Shown one piece after another: positions 1-13,291 of a stretch of DNA of 64,000 bases (within the stretch, counting starts at the first letter, position 1; the number at the start of each line of letters is the position of its first letter). Source of the stretch: Octopus vulgaris (Eukaryota); contig OX597816.1 in assembly GCA_951406725.2 (NCBI GenBank), positions 51,088,001 through 51,152,000 of the forward strand, in the 5' to 3' direction. A model generated the notes under the pieces. The model made no database searches. It had not been told where the DNA came from and saw only the letters and a program-made list of their open reading frames with translations. Position numbers and translations under genes: made by a program.

Positions 1-191
1 TTTATAGTATTTTCACTAATTCTTAAATTGTTGACGTTATATCACATTATCTTTACGATCTGCTAAAGGATGCAATAAATTTTGTTTTCATTCCAAGTTT
101 GAACGCGAAATTCCGATATATTATTAATCTTTCAATATATATACATATGCGTGTGTGTGTGTGTATGTGTGTGTCTGTGAGTGTGCGTATT

Positions 192-480
192 ATTGTGTCT
201 GGGGAGAGTTATTCTCTTTTCGTTCCTTATTACTTAATATAAACACCGACTCGATTTCCTCTCATTTAATTAATTATTTTGTCAAACATTTCCGTTGCGT
301 CTTGCAAACTTTTCAACAGTCTTTGACTAGAAAAATAAATAATGAAATGAATGGAAATCGAACCGGTATGTGTGATAAGTAATAAGGCACTAAATGAGAA
401 TGTCTCTCCACAGACAAAATAAAATATGATTCAACGCAGGAATTAATATAACGAATCTTGCAAACCAAATCCAAAAACGA
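192..480. mobile_element. Palindromic non-autonomous element (fold-back, possibly Penelope pLTR-derived); same family at 59113-59440
   Basis: TTGTGTCTGGGGAGAGTTATTCTC is inverted relative to GAGAATGTCTCTCCACAGACAA. The same 3' tail GAATCTTGCAAACCAAATCCAAA follows both this copy and the 59.1-kb copy; ends in (TA)n. Confidence 0.6.
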
Positions 481-763
481 TATATATATATATATATTGA
501 TTTGCATTTATACCTACTTCAGCCAATGAATGCTTCAGAGCTGTACGTCGATAACATTCGATGATCTAATTCACAATTCTGTCTCAAGATAATCTGATAC
601 GCCTTGTTACTGATTAATATTGTGTTTTTAACTAAACTTTATCAAAGGTTAGACAACGAGAGTTCTTTAAGCAGCAGGTGATAACTTGTTTGCATGGCAT
701 TCATATACAATCTTTTGGAAAAATAGATTAATTTTAGTGTCTTACATTGAAATATATAGGTAA

Positions 764-1279
764 CTAGAAGAGATACCCGGCGTTGCCCGGTTACATTCAA
801 TTGAAGAATTGGACTTTTCTGTTATATTTTCTGTAATGAACTGGAATATCTATGTTTCGAATTTCATCTAAATTACAGATGAAGGTTATTTCCTTCTTTA
901 CACACCCTAAAAGAATTGTAATCGTGCCGCATGTATCCCATACTACTTATTTTTATGCGCACATTCCAAAATTCTAGTGTTATTGAACCTGTTAAAAAGA
1001 TTTGGCTCCAAAAAAATGAAGGTCATGGAGCTCTAAAATGTGTGAGTTAAGGCCCCTGTTGGGGTGAGCATCTTAATGTCAACCAGAGGAGTTGAATTGT
1101 TGAAAATCTTTTAAACTTGGGTCTTATATCTATTATTTGAATTTCTTTGAAATAGGAAAAATATGTTCACTGGGTTTGTAAAAGAGATTAAAGCTACAGG
1201 AAACCAAAAGACGAATGATCACAATAAGCAGTCAGTTACCCTACCCTAGTCGTTGCTTGAAGTACCGTTTCAAGAACTA

Positions 1280-1345
<66 letters not shown>

Positions 1346-2300
1346 GTATGTATGTATACACACACACATACACAAACACACACCCATACACAAATACACA
1401 CACACACACAAAATAAATTGATAGATACAACTGAGTGGGCAAACAAAAAAATAAGACACTTCGTAGTGCTTTTTTATATTTTGATAAGCCTGGTACTTAT
1501 TCTATCAGTTTCTTGTTGTGAAACCAGTAAGTTATGGGGATGTAAATAAACGAACACCAGTTTTGAAGCAGTGATGAGGGAGAAACACTAAGACACACAC
1601 ATAGACTTACATATATACATACATATACATAAAATTGAGTTCATTCAGTTTCTGTCTACAAAATCCACTGACAAGGCTTTGGTTGGTCTCATGTTATAGC
1701 AGAAGTCACATGCCAAGTTACGACACTGTGGGACTGAACTAAGGACCATGTGTTTTGGAATCAAGTTTGTTACCACACAGCGACACTTGCACCTATGTAT
1801 GTGTGTGGGGGGGGGCGATCGATGTATGTGTGGGGTGTGTGGATCGGTGTGTTTGTGGGGGTGGATCGGTGTGTATGTGTATGGGTGTATATATGTATGC
1901 ATGTATATATATGTATATATGAGTACATATTACATGAACATCTATATATACATCTAGACATATAGATCTAGACATATATAAACTGTATATCTGTAGAAAT
2001 ACATCTATACATATACATGTATACATATACATCTATATATATACATGTATATATATATATATATAAACATCCATATACATACAATAGAGAGATGCTTTTG
2101 TTTCACTTTTAACACGTAAGACTAAAATAATGTAGAAGATATGATATTGTTGTGGGCTCGCCCTAGGCAACAAGTTCGAAAATATTTGCCCATGACACTA
2201 CATGGACCCTAATTAAGGCATGTGTAAAATGTGAATGAAATTGGTTGTGTAGTTCCCAGGTTTTAGAGATTCACACAGACAGACTGACACACATTCTCAG

Positions 2301-2357
<57 letters not shown>
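764..2357 (-). mobile_element. Non-autonomous Helitron carrying a SINE and microsatellites
   Basis: Minus strand ends CCGGGCAACGCCGGG-TATCTCTT-CTAG|T (GC hairpin plus CTAG at 764-767, the canonical Helitron 3' end). The other end reads ACAGACAGAC...(TA)n(GA)n-GA|T, i.e. a 5' TC start after A; its exact position within (GA)n is uncertain. Confidence 0.7.
1470..1793 (-). mobile_element. tRNA-derived SINE (Meta-domain-like core), nested in the Helitron
   Basis: Minus strand starts GGTGCAAGTGTCGCTGTGTGGTAA (A box), then a degenerate B box AGTTCAGTCCC and the core CCAAAGCCTTGTCAGTGGATTTTGTAGACAGAAACTGAA. Homologous to 15057-15210 and 24107-24245. Family name is from memory. Confidence 0.7.
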
Positions 2358-3028
2358 TAGATAGATAAACGATCCCTTCCAATATTTGACGATATTTATA
2401 ATAAATTCTAGAGAGAGTTATTTTCTTTCTGTGCCTTACAATGTATCGCACTCACAGGTGAATTTTCTTCTTCCTTTTTTTTATTTTCCTAAAATTTTCG
2501 TTGCTTATTTAAAAATATTATCTCCCACGTTTGAGGCAATTGAAATACATCCAATATTAGAACGCTGGCTCTGTAAAATTTGACCGTTCCTTCAATCCTT
2601 CAGTTTCTGGAATTTCAGTTTTGCTGCGCTTGAATTCAAAATTTGGCACTATTTTCTTATGTGAGACCATATTCATTTGAATCAGAAATCTTTACCTTTC
2701 CTGACCGCATTAGTTTTGTTATGTTTGGAAGTAAATCGCTTCTTTCCTGCAATATGTCGTTCATATTCAACGCCTTTCAGTACTGTTCTTTAACGATATA
2801 ACGACTTAATGATAGAATTTCCCAGCAGTCAGTTGTGCACCGATGTGGAATTATTTCATTAATGCTATCTTTTCCCTCTCAGAATCTACGTTAGCCTCTC
2901 GTGTTTCTGTACTACACAGCTGAGCCATTTTAATTCGCATTTTGAAAATATTATTTAGTATTTGGGAACTAGCACCGAAAATCGAGTTAGTGCTTTAGTC
3001 CATTTATAAAACTGTAACGAACAAAAAA

Positions 3029-3032
3029 CACA

Positions 3033-3095
<63 letters not shown>

Positions 3096-3352
3096 TGTTG
3101 TTAGGAATATATCAGGACAAAATATTAAAAAATAAATAATGAAAAGTGTGGTTGTGGGATGAGTAGGTGGGATAGATAAAATAGGGTGGGAATCAAGAAA
3201 ATTGATACGTAAAACAATGAGGAGAAAGGAAAGGGGGGTAAACGAGCAGAAGACGAAAGTGAAGTAAGGGGACAAGAAGAATGAGAAGAAGGAGGAGAAG
3301 AAGAAGACGAAGAAGAAGAAGAAAAAGAAGAAGGAGGAGGGAGAGAAGAAGA
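3029..3352. repeat. (CA)n and (GAA/GGA)n microsatellites
   Basis: Directly visible: (CA)n 3029-3093 and a purine triplet tract ~3275-3352. Confidence 0.9.
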
Positions 3353-4384
3353 ACATGCATAAATTTGGTGAGGCTGCATATAGCAAAACGGTTTATCTAT
3401 TGCCGTATGCTGGTAGCGGGTCAGTACAAGAAGAATCATTGTTACCGAAATTCATCGGGTGGGTGAAAGTGTATTAGACCACCAAGCGGCATTACCCGGT
3501 GACAACTAATTAGATGGATAACTAGACAATTGTCCGCAATCAAATAATAGGAATATTTATGAAGTATGCTGTGGGGAGTCCTTGTCTGTGACCTTAGTGT
3601 GTTACGGCTAGGGGAAAGAGGTACAAATAGGAGTAGAAAAAGACAAACAGGTATTAATTCTACGTGTGGCTAAAGACTCATCGTAGAGCAGTATGAATGA
3701 TAAACAACTGTAAATATTGAATTGTGACCTCTTTTAAAGTGCGGTTCCCACATGGTTGAAGTACGACATCAAAAGGAAATATTAAAGTTTTGCATTCATT
3801 GATTTGGTCACCTTACCCGAATTGGATAAATCCCAATATGATACCTATGCTTGTGTTACTGGTTGGAGTTTGAAAGCAGCAGCATAATTATTCTATAGAA
3901 AATCTAAGATAACATTAATATTAATGGTAAACGTTATATTTTGTAATTCTAAAGTATGTTTTTCAAAGTGCCACTAAGAAAAATTAAATATGATTTGAAA
4001 CCATTGTATAAAAATACTCATAGATCAACCACCTGCGTAGCGGCTATCTCACTGACTATTTTGGTTCTAATCTATTTACTGAACCTGCACAAAATGACAA
4101 TATGAATTAACTGTGATAAATTTATCTCGTCATCATGCCATATACATATTTGTCCAGAAATTCGCAAAATGTAATTAGAATCCATTCATAAAATCTGTTC
4201 GTTTCGTGAGATTTTGAATGACGCTGTTACACATGAAAACTGAAAATAATTATAGCGAAAGAATTTTATACGCTTTTTTATTGTACCAGAAACTTCAGTG
4301 TGATGCACGCTTGACAAGCGCCAGACGCCATGTCATCGAAAACCGTTTGCTTTAAAGAAATACAAAATGGTAATAATAGGTGCA

Positions 4385-4800
4385 GTTTTAGACTGCTAAG
4401 GAAGAAATTGTAATATATCTGTGATACAGTTGGTGGTGGATTGACAAAACCATTAGGAAGATGGACAAAATTTGTCGCGACATGCGATACCTATTGAGTC
4501 CATTCTGACATATGTAAATTATGCCTCCGAACTCTCTGGAGTCATGCTGTAACATACGGGGCAAATACTTCATAATAGGCTTTGGAAAATACCTTCCCTG
4601 GATATAAAAGCAAGGTTTGAATCATAATGGTTAAAATATTCATCTGGAAATTAGCGGCTCCAAGATTTATCAGTTTTGGAAGAAATATAATACTGAAACA
4701 AGATTGTACCTTTCTTTCCTTTAATGGCCAATAGAATGTGTCAGTCGTTGAGCACAAAGGAAGTCGATAGAACGATAAAAGGATAATTGTGTGTAGAAGG
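4385..4800 (-). pseudogene. Highly decayed Penelope-like reverse transcriptase fragment
   Basis: Minus-strand translations give IIFLPKLIN (cf. FYxLPKIHK), EFGGIIYICQNG (cf. FxFxGxxYxQxxG) and LYHRYIT (cf. YxRYIDD) in the correct order, across frameshifts. Confidence 0.4.
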
Positions 4801-5346
4801 AATAATGAAAATGAAGTTAGGAATATCTCTGATGAGAAGGAATTGATGGTGACCGGAATGGAAATATTAGAATGAGAAATTGAACAATAATTGTATCTAG
4901 TAATATAACAGAAAAAACTTCACGAAATGAATCGACTAAAAATTTCAGTGGTGTCTTCAACAATCCCACCCTCAAAAGGAAAAAAAAAAAAGGTTATGGT
5001 ATTTGAAGCCAGAACATTTAATAACAGAAATTGCGCCATTTTCTGTGTAGCTACTTGCTAATATATTGGCACATTTTGAAATTTGTCGGCATATTTAAAC
5101 ATGTGTTCTTATGTACTTTGCTATACGTATTTCTTTGTATATGCATATGCTTATGTGTGAGTTCAAATATTTAAGTCACCCATTTACTACAGACGCAGCT
5201 TCAGTAACGAATATTGATTGTTATATCCAACTTAACTTGGATATGTTGATTTTAACCTCGCAAAGAGCTGTAAACATCCCGAAAATCTATTGAGTGGAGA
5301 AAACGCATGATAAAAACAAAGACATCAACGTACTATTATTAGTTGA

Positions 5347-5476
5347 CGAAATTTCGTCAGTATACTGACAGATGACGTAACCGTACCACGTGATATCACC
5401 GTATCCTGGTGTTCATCGATGTGGTACAGTTACGTAACACAGCAGTGCCATTCGCTGGAGTACTAGCACGATTTCG
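5347..5476. repeat. Small palindromic element with central 61-nt hairpin
   Basis: ACGTAACCGTACCAC (5375) pairs with GTGGTACAGTTACGT (ends 5435); degenerate outer inverted ends CGAAAT...ATTTCG. Confidence 0.65.
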
Positions 5477-5627
5477 ATTTTAATGGACGTTTAGAGAGGA
5501 TTAAAAGCGTTATAAACCAGATATCCAAGTTTTGTTCACAGTGCTAATAAATAATAAGGTATATATAAAAAATATTGAGTACATACGCACATACATATAG
5601 CGGATTTTCTCTGATAGACGATGGGAA

Positions 5628-5984
5628 GGCGGTGAGCTGGCAGCAACGTTGGCACGTCGGGTGAAATGGTTAGCGGTATTTCGCTTGCCGCTACGTTCTG
5701 AGTTCATATTCCGCCGAGGTCGACTTTGCCTTCCAGCTTTTCGAGGTCGATCAATTAAGTACCAGGCAGTAACGTTGGCACGTTGGGTGAAATGGTTAGT
5801 GGTATTTCGCTTGCCGCTACTTTCTGAGTTCATATTCCGCCGAGGTCGACTTTGCCTGTCATCCTTTCGAGGTCGGTCAAATAAGTACCAGTTACGCACT
5901 GGGGTCGATATAATCGACTTAATCCGTTTGTCTGTCCTTGTTTGTCTCCTCCGCGTTTAGCTCCTTGTGGGTAGTAGAAAAATA
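5628..5984 (+). mobile_element. tRNA-derived SINE with Nin/Deu-type core, internal 126-bp tandem duplication
   Basis: GGCGGTGAGCTGGCAG head, B-box-like GAGTTCATATTCC, core GCCGAGGTCGACTTTGCC..CATCCTTTCGAGGTCG..AAATAAGTACCAG. Unit 5639-5764 is repeated from 5765. AGACGATG on both flanks (5616, 5985) is a probable TSD. Confidence 0.85.
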
Positions 5985-6560
5985 AGACGATGTAGGGATA
6001 AATGTTTAAAAACGACAAACAACGAATATTTTCACTGCTGAAAAAGTGGCCATACATTTAACCAAGTAATGTAAATTAACTTTAAATACAGCAAGGGACA
6101 AAATGCAAGAGACATTCTATTGATCAAGAAAGAATCACAAACTCAGTACAAACACACCCATGAGCACATACATGCACGCAGACACACAAATATGCTATTT
6201 AAAATTACGTGTACTAGTAGTTCTGTAAGTGTGCATGTATACGCACACACTGTCTTCTCTCTCTCTCTCTCTCTCTTTCTCATATACACATGCACTCACA
6301 TATGCACATTCATATTGTACATGTGTCTTTTGAATGCTGCGTCTTTCAGATGAACAAATTCCCAGTAGTTCTTCTTCACAAAGAAAAGATTTTCAGCTGT
6401 AACCGACCCTAAATATTATTAGCCGTTTAATGCTGCCAAACGAAATGCTGAAGGTGGTGAATTAGCAGGAAAATAAAATGACAGAGGGAGAGTTAGAAAC
6501 AGGGTAATATTTGTGCTTACCTTTGTCTTGTGTCTCTACCCAAACCTTGACAAAAAAACC

Positions 6561-6830
6561 GGATCTTTTCATTTTCGTCGCCTGGACGTCAGATCTTTCT
6601 AGTTAACTAAATAATTTGAAACTTCGTATACTGGTAGAGTGTCTCAAAACAAAACACTAGTTCCAACTTGTTTATTTGAGAAAAATCTATTTTATGACTT
6701 TAATCGTAGATTAAATCTGCGAATTTTAACCAATCATGTTGTTTGTTTTCATTTCAAATAATTTACTGCATTCTCTTAGTGTGACGTAGAAAGCTATTTT
6801 GTGACGTACTAACGTTCGTTTGAAAACTGT
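6561..6830 (+). mobile_element. Solo left arm of GGATC-terminated TIR element (family of 13292-14367)
   Basis: GGATCTTTTC start and TTAACTAAATAATTTGAAACTTCGTATACTGGTAGA shared with the arm at 13292. Confidence 0.65.
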
Positions 6831-8863
6831 AAACAATCTGGGTAACGAACGTATATGCAACACGAAATAACTAAACTGATGTGAATATTGTTTTATTTTC
6901 TTCGCATGTATCCACATGTTATTAATATTTTATACACGTGGACTCGTATCATTTACTTTGATAAAATTTTATTCGTGCACATCCGAATCATTTGCTTTGT
7001 AAGCTAACAGGATAATTGAGTGCACTGCACTAGCACCGTAATTATATCAACATTGGTTCATTATTCTTCGCCAATTCCTGTTGCTGTAGATTTCCAGCTC
7101 ATAACTTGTACTCGTTTTATCGACCCACCTGTAACTGGCATATTTTGAACTTGATAAACATATATATGTAAACCTGAAAACATCTCGAGTATGTTATATA
7201 TTTGTAGGGAACGGACGTGAAACCCAAGGCAATCCCATAAATCGGCCTTATCTAACTTTAATATATACTGTTCTATAACTTAGAGTGGGCTTCTTTTTTC
7301 GGATTTATGTTTACGGACGATATATATATATATATATATATAAAGGTGAAAGTAAAGAATACGTACACCTGGTGTTTGGGGTTAGGGTTTAGGATTAGGA
7401 TTTTTGTTACGCTGAAAACAGGTGGTGGGATACACACCTGTTGCATAATTCTTCTGTACTTTGCATTTGCATCACAAATTGTAATATCCTGCATTAAATT
7501 TAATTTACTCTTTATTTGGTTTTGTTTCTGTTTTTATTGTTTGCATGCCTTGTTATGGTTTATGTTAGGGTTAGAGCTATGGTCTAGAATTGGCAACAGA
7601 TAGCATACTAAATTGTAAATGGCCACGTTTACTGTATGCTAAACTGGCACTAGAGATTTAATGAAACAGTTTACCTATCAGAATTTAAGACATGAAAGGG
7701 TTAGTTAGCATTGTCAACACACTTCACATTTCTCTGTTTCTGTGGGCAATGAAATAAAACACTAGGTAAGGAGTGGGTCAATATAGTTGACATTATTTCC
7801 TCCTATAAAATTTTTGGCTACGTACCTTTCTAAGAAATTCTTATTTGTATTAATATAAAGTGCGAGCAAGAGAACATCTGCAGGCTTTCCTAAACTGTTA
7901 ATGTGAATGTAGATGATGTCTTTTTTCAACTTGTGTAAATTAATGTCTGATGAGAATGTGATTCCATGTAGAAGCTGCCATTCTGGAGATAAATGATTGG
8001 CTAAAATATTTAGTAAAATGTGAGACATGTTAAAGATGATGATGTGGGCTCAGTTTGATATAGTTTACAGCTTACTAATTCACAGGAATAGTAGTGGGTG
8101 TTAGGGGTTTTTTCCCCATGTTTTATTTGAACAATTTGGCTTGATAAAGGGAGCTGTATCCTTGCCTTTTGCATTCCTTCTGAGACAAGAGGTGTGCCTT
8201 CAAAACTGGTAAGATTGACGTATTTGATCTTGAATAAAATGTGTGGATGGCTGCAGAGGAAATAACATGGACAAGGGAATTTCAGAAGACTGACAATCTG
8301 GTGAGAAATAATTTAATGCTTAGTTTGCAGGTGAATTACATGCTACGTGATCTTCAAGCCTTTTGTCGCCAGATGCTGTAACATGGTTTGTATCCAATAT
8401 AGTAGTACCACCACTATTGCGATAATGGCCTGAAATATGTGGTACCAGTGTGATAAAATAAGATAATGCAGCAGCAATAACAACATAACTATCTCTCAAG
8501 AGCCAACAAATATTCCAAATGAACAAACCAACCCACACTCTAGAACTTCACTATGAAATAACACAAAATATATACACTCTCGGTTCAGTCCATTCCTCAC
8601 AAGAGGGTACTTGGCTCTCATCACAACACTGAGATTGTAAGGGGTTACTAACTTTGTTCTGCCGACCAATTTCCATTTATTTATTCTTAAGCTTCTCTTA
8701 CTGCTAGAAACCACCTCTGCCTGGTACTGGCATTTATATGAACAATGTAGACAATTGACAAGTACCAAATGCCACAATACATAAATTCATTATTTATTAA
8801 AATGATCTTCAATTGTACAAGAATCATAATTACTAAATGGTAATCGATTAGCATATTCAGGGC

Positions 8864-11112
8864 CATTTAGTCACCTACCAATCTGGTAGACACACTAGTC
8901 AAATTGACTACATCCTCACTAGGAAACAGGAAAGACGACTACTTGTAAATGTCCAAACCTTCCCAGGTGAAGAATGTACCCCGCAATATAGATTAGTAGT
9001 TAGCGACTTCAGGATCAGGGCTAAATGGATGCCCAGAAGACGACTAGAATGGCGGAGAAGGGTCTGGAAGCTTAAGGATCCTGCAAAAAGAGATTGAGAG
9101 ACATATTACTCAAAGCTGTGGAAAACAACTGGAGTTTTCTACAGGACAACCTTTTGAGGGCTAGTGACCAGATCTGTGGATGGTGCAAAGTCTCCTCTCA
9201 ACCCAAGGTAACATGGTGGTGGAACAATGTTGTTGACAGAGCTAGTAAGGAAAAGAAACAGGCTTTGAAGGACTGGAAGACCGGTGATAGCAGGGAATTG
9301 TATCAGACTGCCAAAAGGGAAGCTAGGAGATAGGTTTATTTGGCCAGAGGGGAAGCAGATAAGGAAAAATTTGCCAATGTTCTCTGCCGTGATGACCAAA
9401 GACTTGAAGTATTTTCCTGTTGCCAGACAGTGTGTGAGAGAGAAATGTGTCCTCATGGGTGACGGTTCATTTGCTTCAAACGAAGCTGCAAAGAGACAGG
9501 TTTGGAGACGCCATTATGAAATTTTGCTAAATAAAGTGAATGAATGTGAGAAAGAGAGTCTGCCGAATGCCGGCCCAACAGAGGGACCAGCTATCTATCT
9601 AAATTGACAGTGCCTTGGTAGGTAAAGCAATTAAGGGTATGAAGACAGGGAAAGCACCCGGACAATCAGGAATCACCACAGAGATGCTCAAACTATCTAG
9701 CGGTGTCGGCTATAGCCTAGTCAACCATGTGATACATGAAGGAATCATACCCAATGACTGGTGTAGCAGCACCATAGTCAACTGCTAACAAAGGTAAAGG
9801 TGACGCATTAGATACAAATAATTACAGAGGTATCAAGATGTTGGATCAGGTAATGAACGTCACGGGGAGGGTCATAGCCCACGTAATTAGGGAGAGAGGT
9901 AGTCTAGATGAGATGCAGTTTCGGTTCGTGCCAGGGGAAAGCACCACTGATGCTATATTTCTGATAAGACAGATGCAGGAGAAATAGCTAGTCCAAGATA
10001 AAACTCTGTACCTGGCTTTCATTGAGAGTGACCTCCGATCCCCTATCTGGTGGTCAATGAGGAGACTAGGGATGGATGAATGTTTGAGAGCTGTACAAGC
10101 CATGTACAGTAAGGTGACGATTGGCAACGAGTACAGTGAAGAATATCGGGTAGGGGTAAGGGTCAACCTAAGATCAGTCCTCAGCCCCCTCTTATTCATT
10201 ATAGTCCTCCAGGCAATAACAGAGGAATTCAAGACAGGCTGCTCCTCTATGCTGATGACCTTGCACTAATAGCAGAGTCACTGCCGGAACTGGAGCCAAA
10301 GGTTAGGGCGTGGAAGCAAAGTCTAGAATTGAATGGCCTTAGGGTTAACCTAGCCAAAACCAAAGTTTTAGTTAGTGTGCAGGCTGTCAAATCACAAACT
10401 CCTCTGTAGAAAAGACATTGGTAGAAACTCCATACGACGCACCCGGTGTAAGCTATGGACACATAAAAGGTGCAGCAATATCAAAGGAAGGTTAACTGGG
10501 AAAATTATTTCTTGTGTGTGGCAGATGCAGTGGGGCAATAAACACTGAAGGTGTTCAGAAAACAGCTTCCATTACATGCCTGTGGAAGAAACTAGAAGTA
10601 GTAAATACTTTCTACTACCTAGGCGACCAAGTATGTAGTGGGAGTGATTGCTCTGCGAGTGTAGCAACTAGAGTAATAATAGCCTGGGCAAATTCAGGGA
10701 GCTCCTACCTCTGCTGGCAGCTAAATGCCCCTCACTCAGGGGGAAAGGCGGACTGTATGATGCATGTGTGTGAACTGCCATGCTATACGGTAGTGAAACA
10801 TGGGCCATGAATGCCGAGGACATGCGTAAGCTTGCAGTATGCCTGAGTCAAGTAAAACCAATACCGTAGCTGGGGGCCGGTGACCCGCTAGCTGGCTCCT
10901 GTGCTGATGAGACATAAAGTGCACCCACTACACTCTCAGAATAGTTGGCGTTAGGAAGGGCATTTAGATGTAGAAATTATGCTAGACTAGATTGGAACCT
11001 GTTGCAGCAGCTGGCTCTCCAAGACTTCAGTCAAACTGTCCAACCCATGCCATCATGGAAAACGGACGTTAATCGATGATGATGATGACGACGACGACGA
11101 CAACGACGATGA
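8864..11112 (+). mobile_element. 5'-truncated, decayed RTE-clade LINE (APE C-terminus, RT, Cys/His finger, 3' UTR, (GAT)n tail)
   Basis: APE end HLVTYQSGRHTSQIDYILTRK; linker WWWNNVVDRA; RT motifs NYRGIKMLDQVM, QFRFVPGESTTDAIFLIRQMQEK, SVLSPLLFIIVL and LLYADDLALIAE (YADD at 10248-10259). Many stops and frameshifts. Tail GGACGTTAATC(GAT)n. Confidence 0.9.
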
Positions 11113-11779
11113 TTATATTAGTAATAAAGTTGGGTGCAGACAAGCGATTTGTAGTAGAGAGCAATAGCGTTTGGAGCGAGCAAAGAGTTGGCAGCCGGCG
11201 ACGCGATCGATCGAAAAGCTGTCATCTTGGCGGCGATATCGCCCGTGAGTGTGTGTCCGGTAGCATACGTAACACACGGACGCATCGCGTTTATGCACGC
11301 AGCTAAGGCGGCTATTGCTCTCTAATAATCGCTTGCTTTTTATTTACTTAATGCATTCTTCACTTCGGCATACTGGGCAGAGATCGCATCGCATTCATGC
11401 ACGCATTAGCTGTCTATCACCGCCTTAGCTATAATAAACAAACACAAGTTCATGTATGATATTAATCTTTCTTCTACTTCAAATATTACATGGTTTTCTC
11501 TTATAAAGATACACACATACAGGAGAAGTAAATTATACATGTAATACTTTAAATGTGGCTCTCAATAAACAGTCAAAGTAATTACCTGATCAACAATGGG
11601 TTTTACTGCTAGTATATATGTATACTAGCAGTATACATGTGACCAAATCTGATTTTCTACCTTGCAGTTAAGCAGATTCACTGTGTTAAAAAATATCACT
11701 CAAGTATAATTTTTTTTTTAAACTCAGAAAGTCTTTCCAAAATTTTCTTAGCTGTATCAGTTTGTCTTGGAGTTGTAAT

Positions 11780-12600
11780 GAGTCATCTGACTCTTGCACA
11801 TGAAAAAGTGGATTAATGGCTCCCACAAATTCACTAGTCTTTCAAGGCTCATGCCTTTTGACCCATCTTACTTATGTGTGAAGCAATAGGGTTTTAAAAT
11901 CTTCATCTTCACAGAATTGCATAAAAAATCTATTATTCACAGAGTTTGATTTGACAATGTTATTTGTATGTATGGAAGTGTTGAGTGCATTTTCCATGTG
12001 TCCTCGAATATTCTTAGCAACCACATGCTGTCTGTGCATAATGCAACGTATATTTAAAATGTGAGGAGCAACTGATTTCATTCTAGAAACAAAGCCTTTC
12101 ACTTGCAGCTCCATCTGATTAGTCGATGGAATATTTTTATCATTAAAATACTGCATTAATTCATTGAATATATCTTCTCCATTAGTTGTTTAAAAAAAAA
12201 CACTTGGTTATGAATTGTGCTATCATCAACCTGGATAGAAAAATTGGTCGTTTGGAGAATTTCCACAATCTTCTTTCTCCTCAAAAAAAAATTAGACATT
12301 TCATCCTGTCTTCTTGAAATTGTATTATTTGAAAGTGGAATTGTACTCAGAGTAGGTTCAGCATCTTTTCCCAGAACCTCATTTGCACAAGCTATCATAG
12401 CAGGCTTGACAAGATTCTCACCTTAAATCTGAGGTGCTGCAAACTTGGCAATAATTTCAGAAACCAAATAACTTGGTTTGAGTATCTTTACTTTTTCAAT
12501 ATTTATCTTCTTTACAAAGTCAGGTGGTTTGATTAGCTGTATTTTCTTTTTATTCTCAAAATATTCCCGACCTTTACCAATAGACTTGGACATTGCTTAG
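11780..12600 (-). pseudogene. hAT (Buster/SPIN, ZBED8/SCAND3-like) transposase remnant
   Basis: IPLSNNTISRR, FSIQVDDST (first catalytic D), GEDIF, KGFVSRMK, CIMHRQ (CxxH) and LLLHT..RW motifs across ORFs 12156-12398 and 11872-12156; frameshifted. Confidence 0.85.
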
Positions 12601-13169
12601 AAAATAATTTCCATTTTTAACCTCATATATAGTACGCACTAGGGATTTTGACCTTTAAATTTTGGGAAAATAATGCGGATTATACTTGAGGATTTACGGT
12701 ATGTTTTAGATTGTGTATATTCCGCTTACATAGGAATTTGATATTTAAAAAGATTCTGTGGTTAGGAAGAGGGGTTTCGGGAAATTCACATGAGTTGACT
12801 TTGTTTCCTCATAACTTGGGTATTTTTTTATGAAATTTGCTACAAATACTTTTCAGAATGTATGTATTCAGATTATATTGGAATTTGATGTGAAAAGGAA
12901 AATAGTGGCACACATCACAATTTCTTTCGAAATCTCAAGTTTCATTTTGTACATATATATGATATCCATTAGTACATATGTGCATAAAAGCCCACCATTT
13001 TTGTATTTCCTTTTGTCATATTAAAACCCCAGCGTTTTCGATAGCCGCTCATGAAAAAGTGAAAGTCTTTCTTCGGCAATTTCTTGATTTCAGCAACTAT
13101 TTTCGGAATAAAAGTTTGCCCCCTACCCCTCCACCTCCAATTTCTCCATTTCTCGCTTGTTTCCGTAAA

Positions 13170-13291
13170 TCTAATCCTAAATCCCAACCCTAACCCTAAA
13201 ACCCCAAACTTAACCCTAACTCTAAAACCCTAACCATAAAACCTAGCTCTAAAACCCTAACCCTAAAACCCTAACCTTAAAACCCAAACCC
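13170..13291. repeat. Degenerate telomere-like (CCCTAA/CCCTAAAA)n tract
   Basis: Directly visible, e.g. AAAACCCTAACCCTAAAACCCTAACC; interrupted by the GGATC element and resumes as AAAAAACCCTA at 14368. Confidence 0.75.

Noticed and set aside
13170-13291. True telomere or chromosome fusion site
   Set aside because: Short, degenerate, single orientation and embedded in transposon-like sequence.
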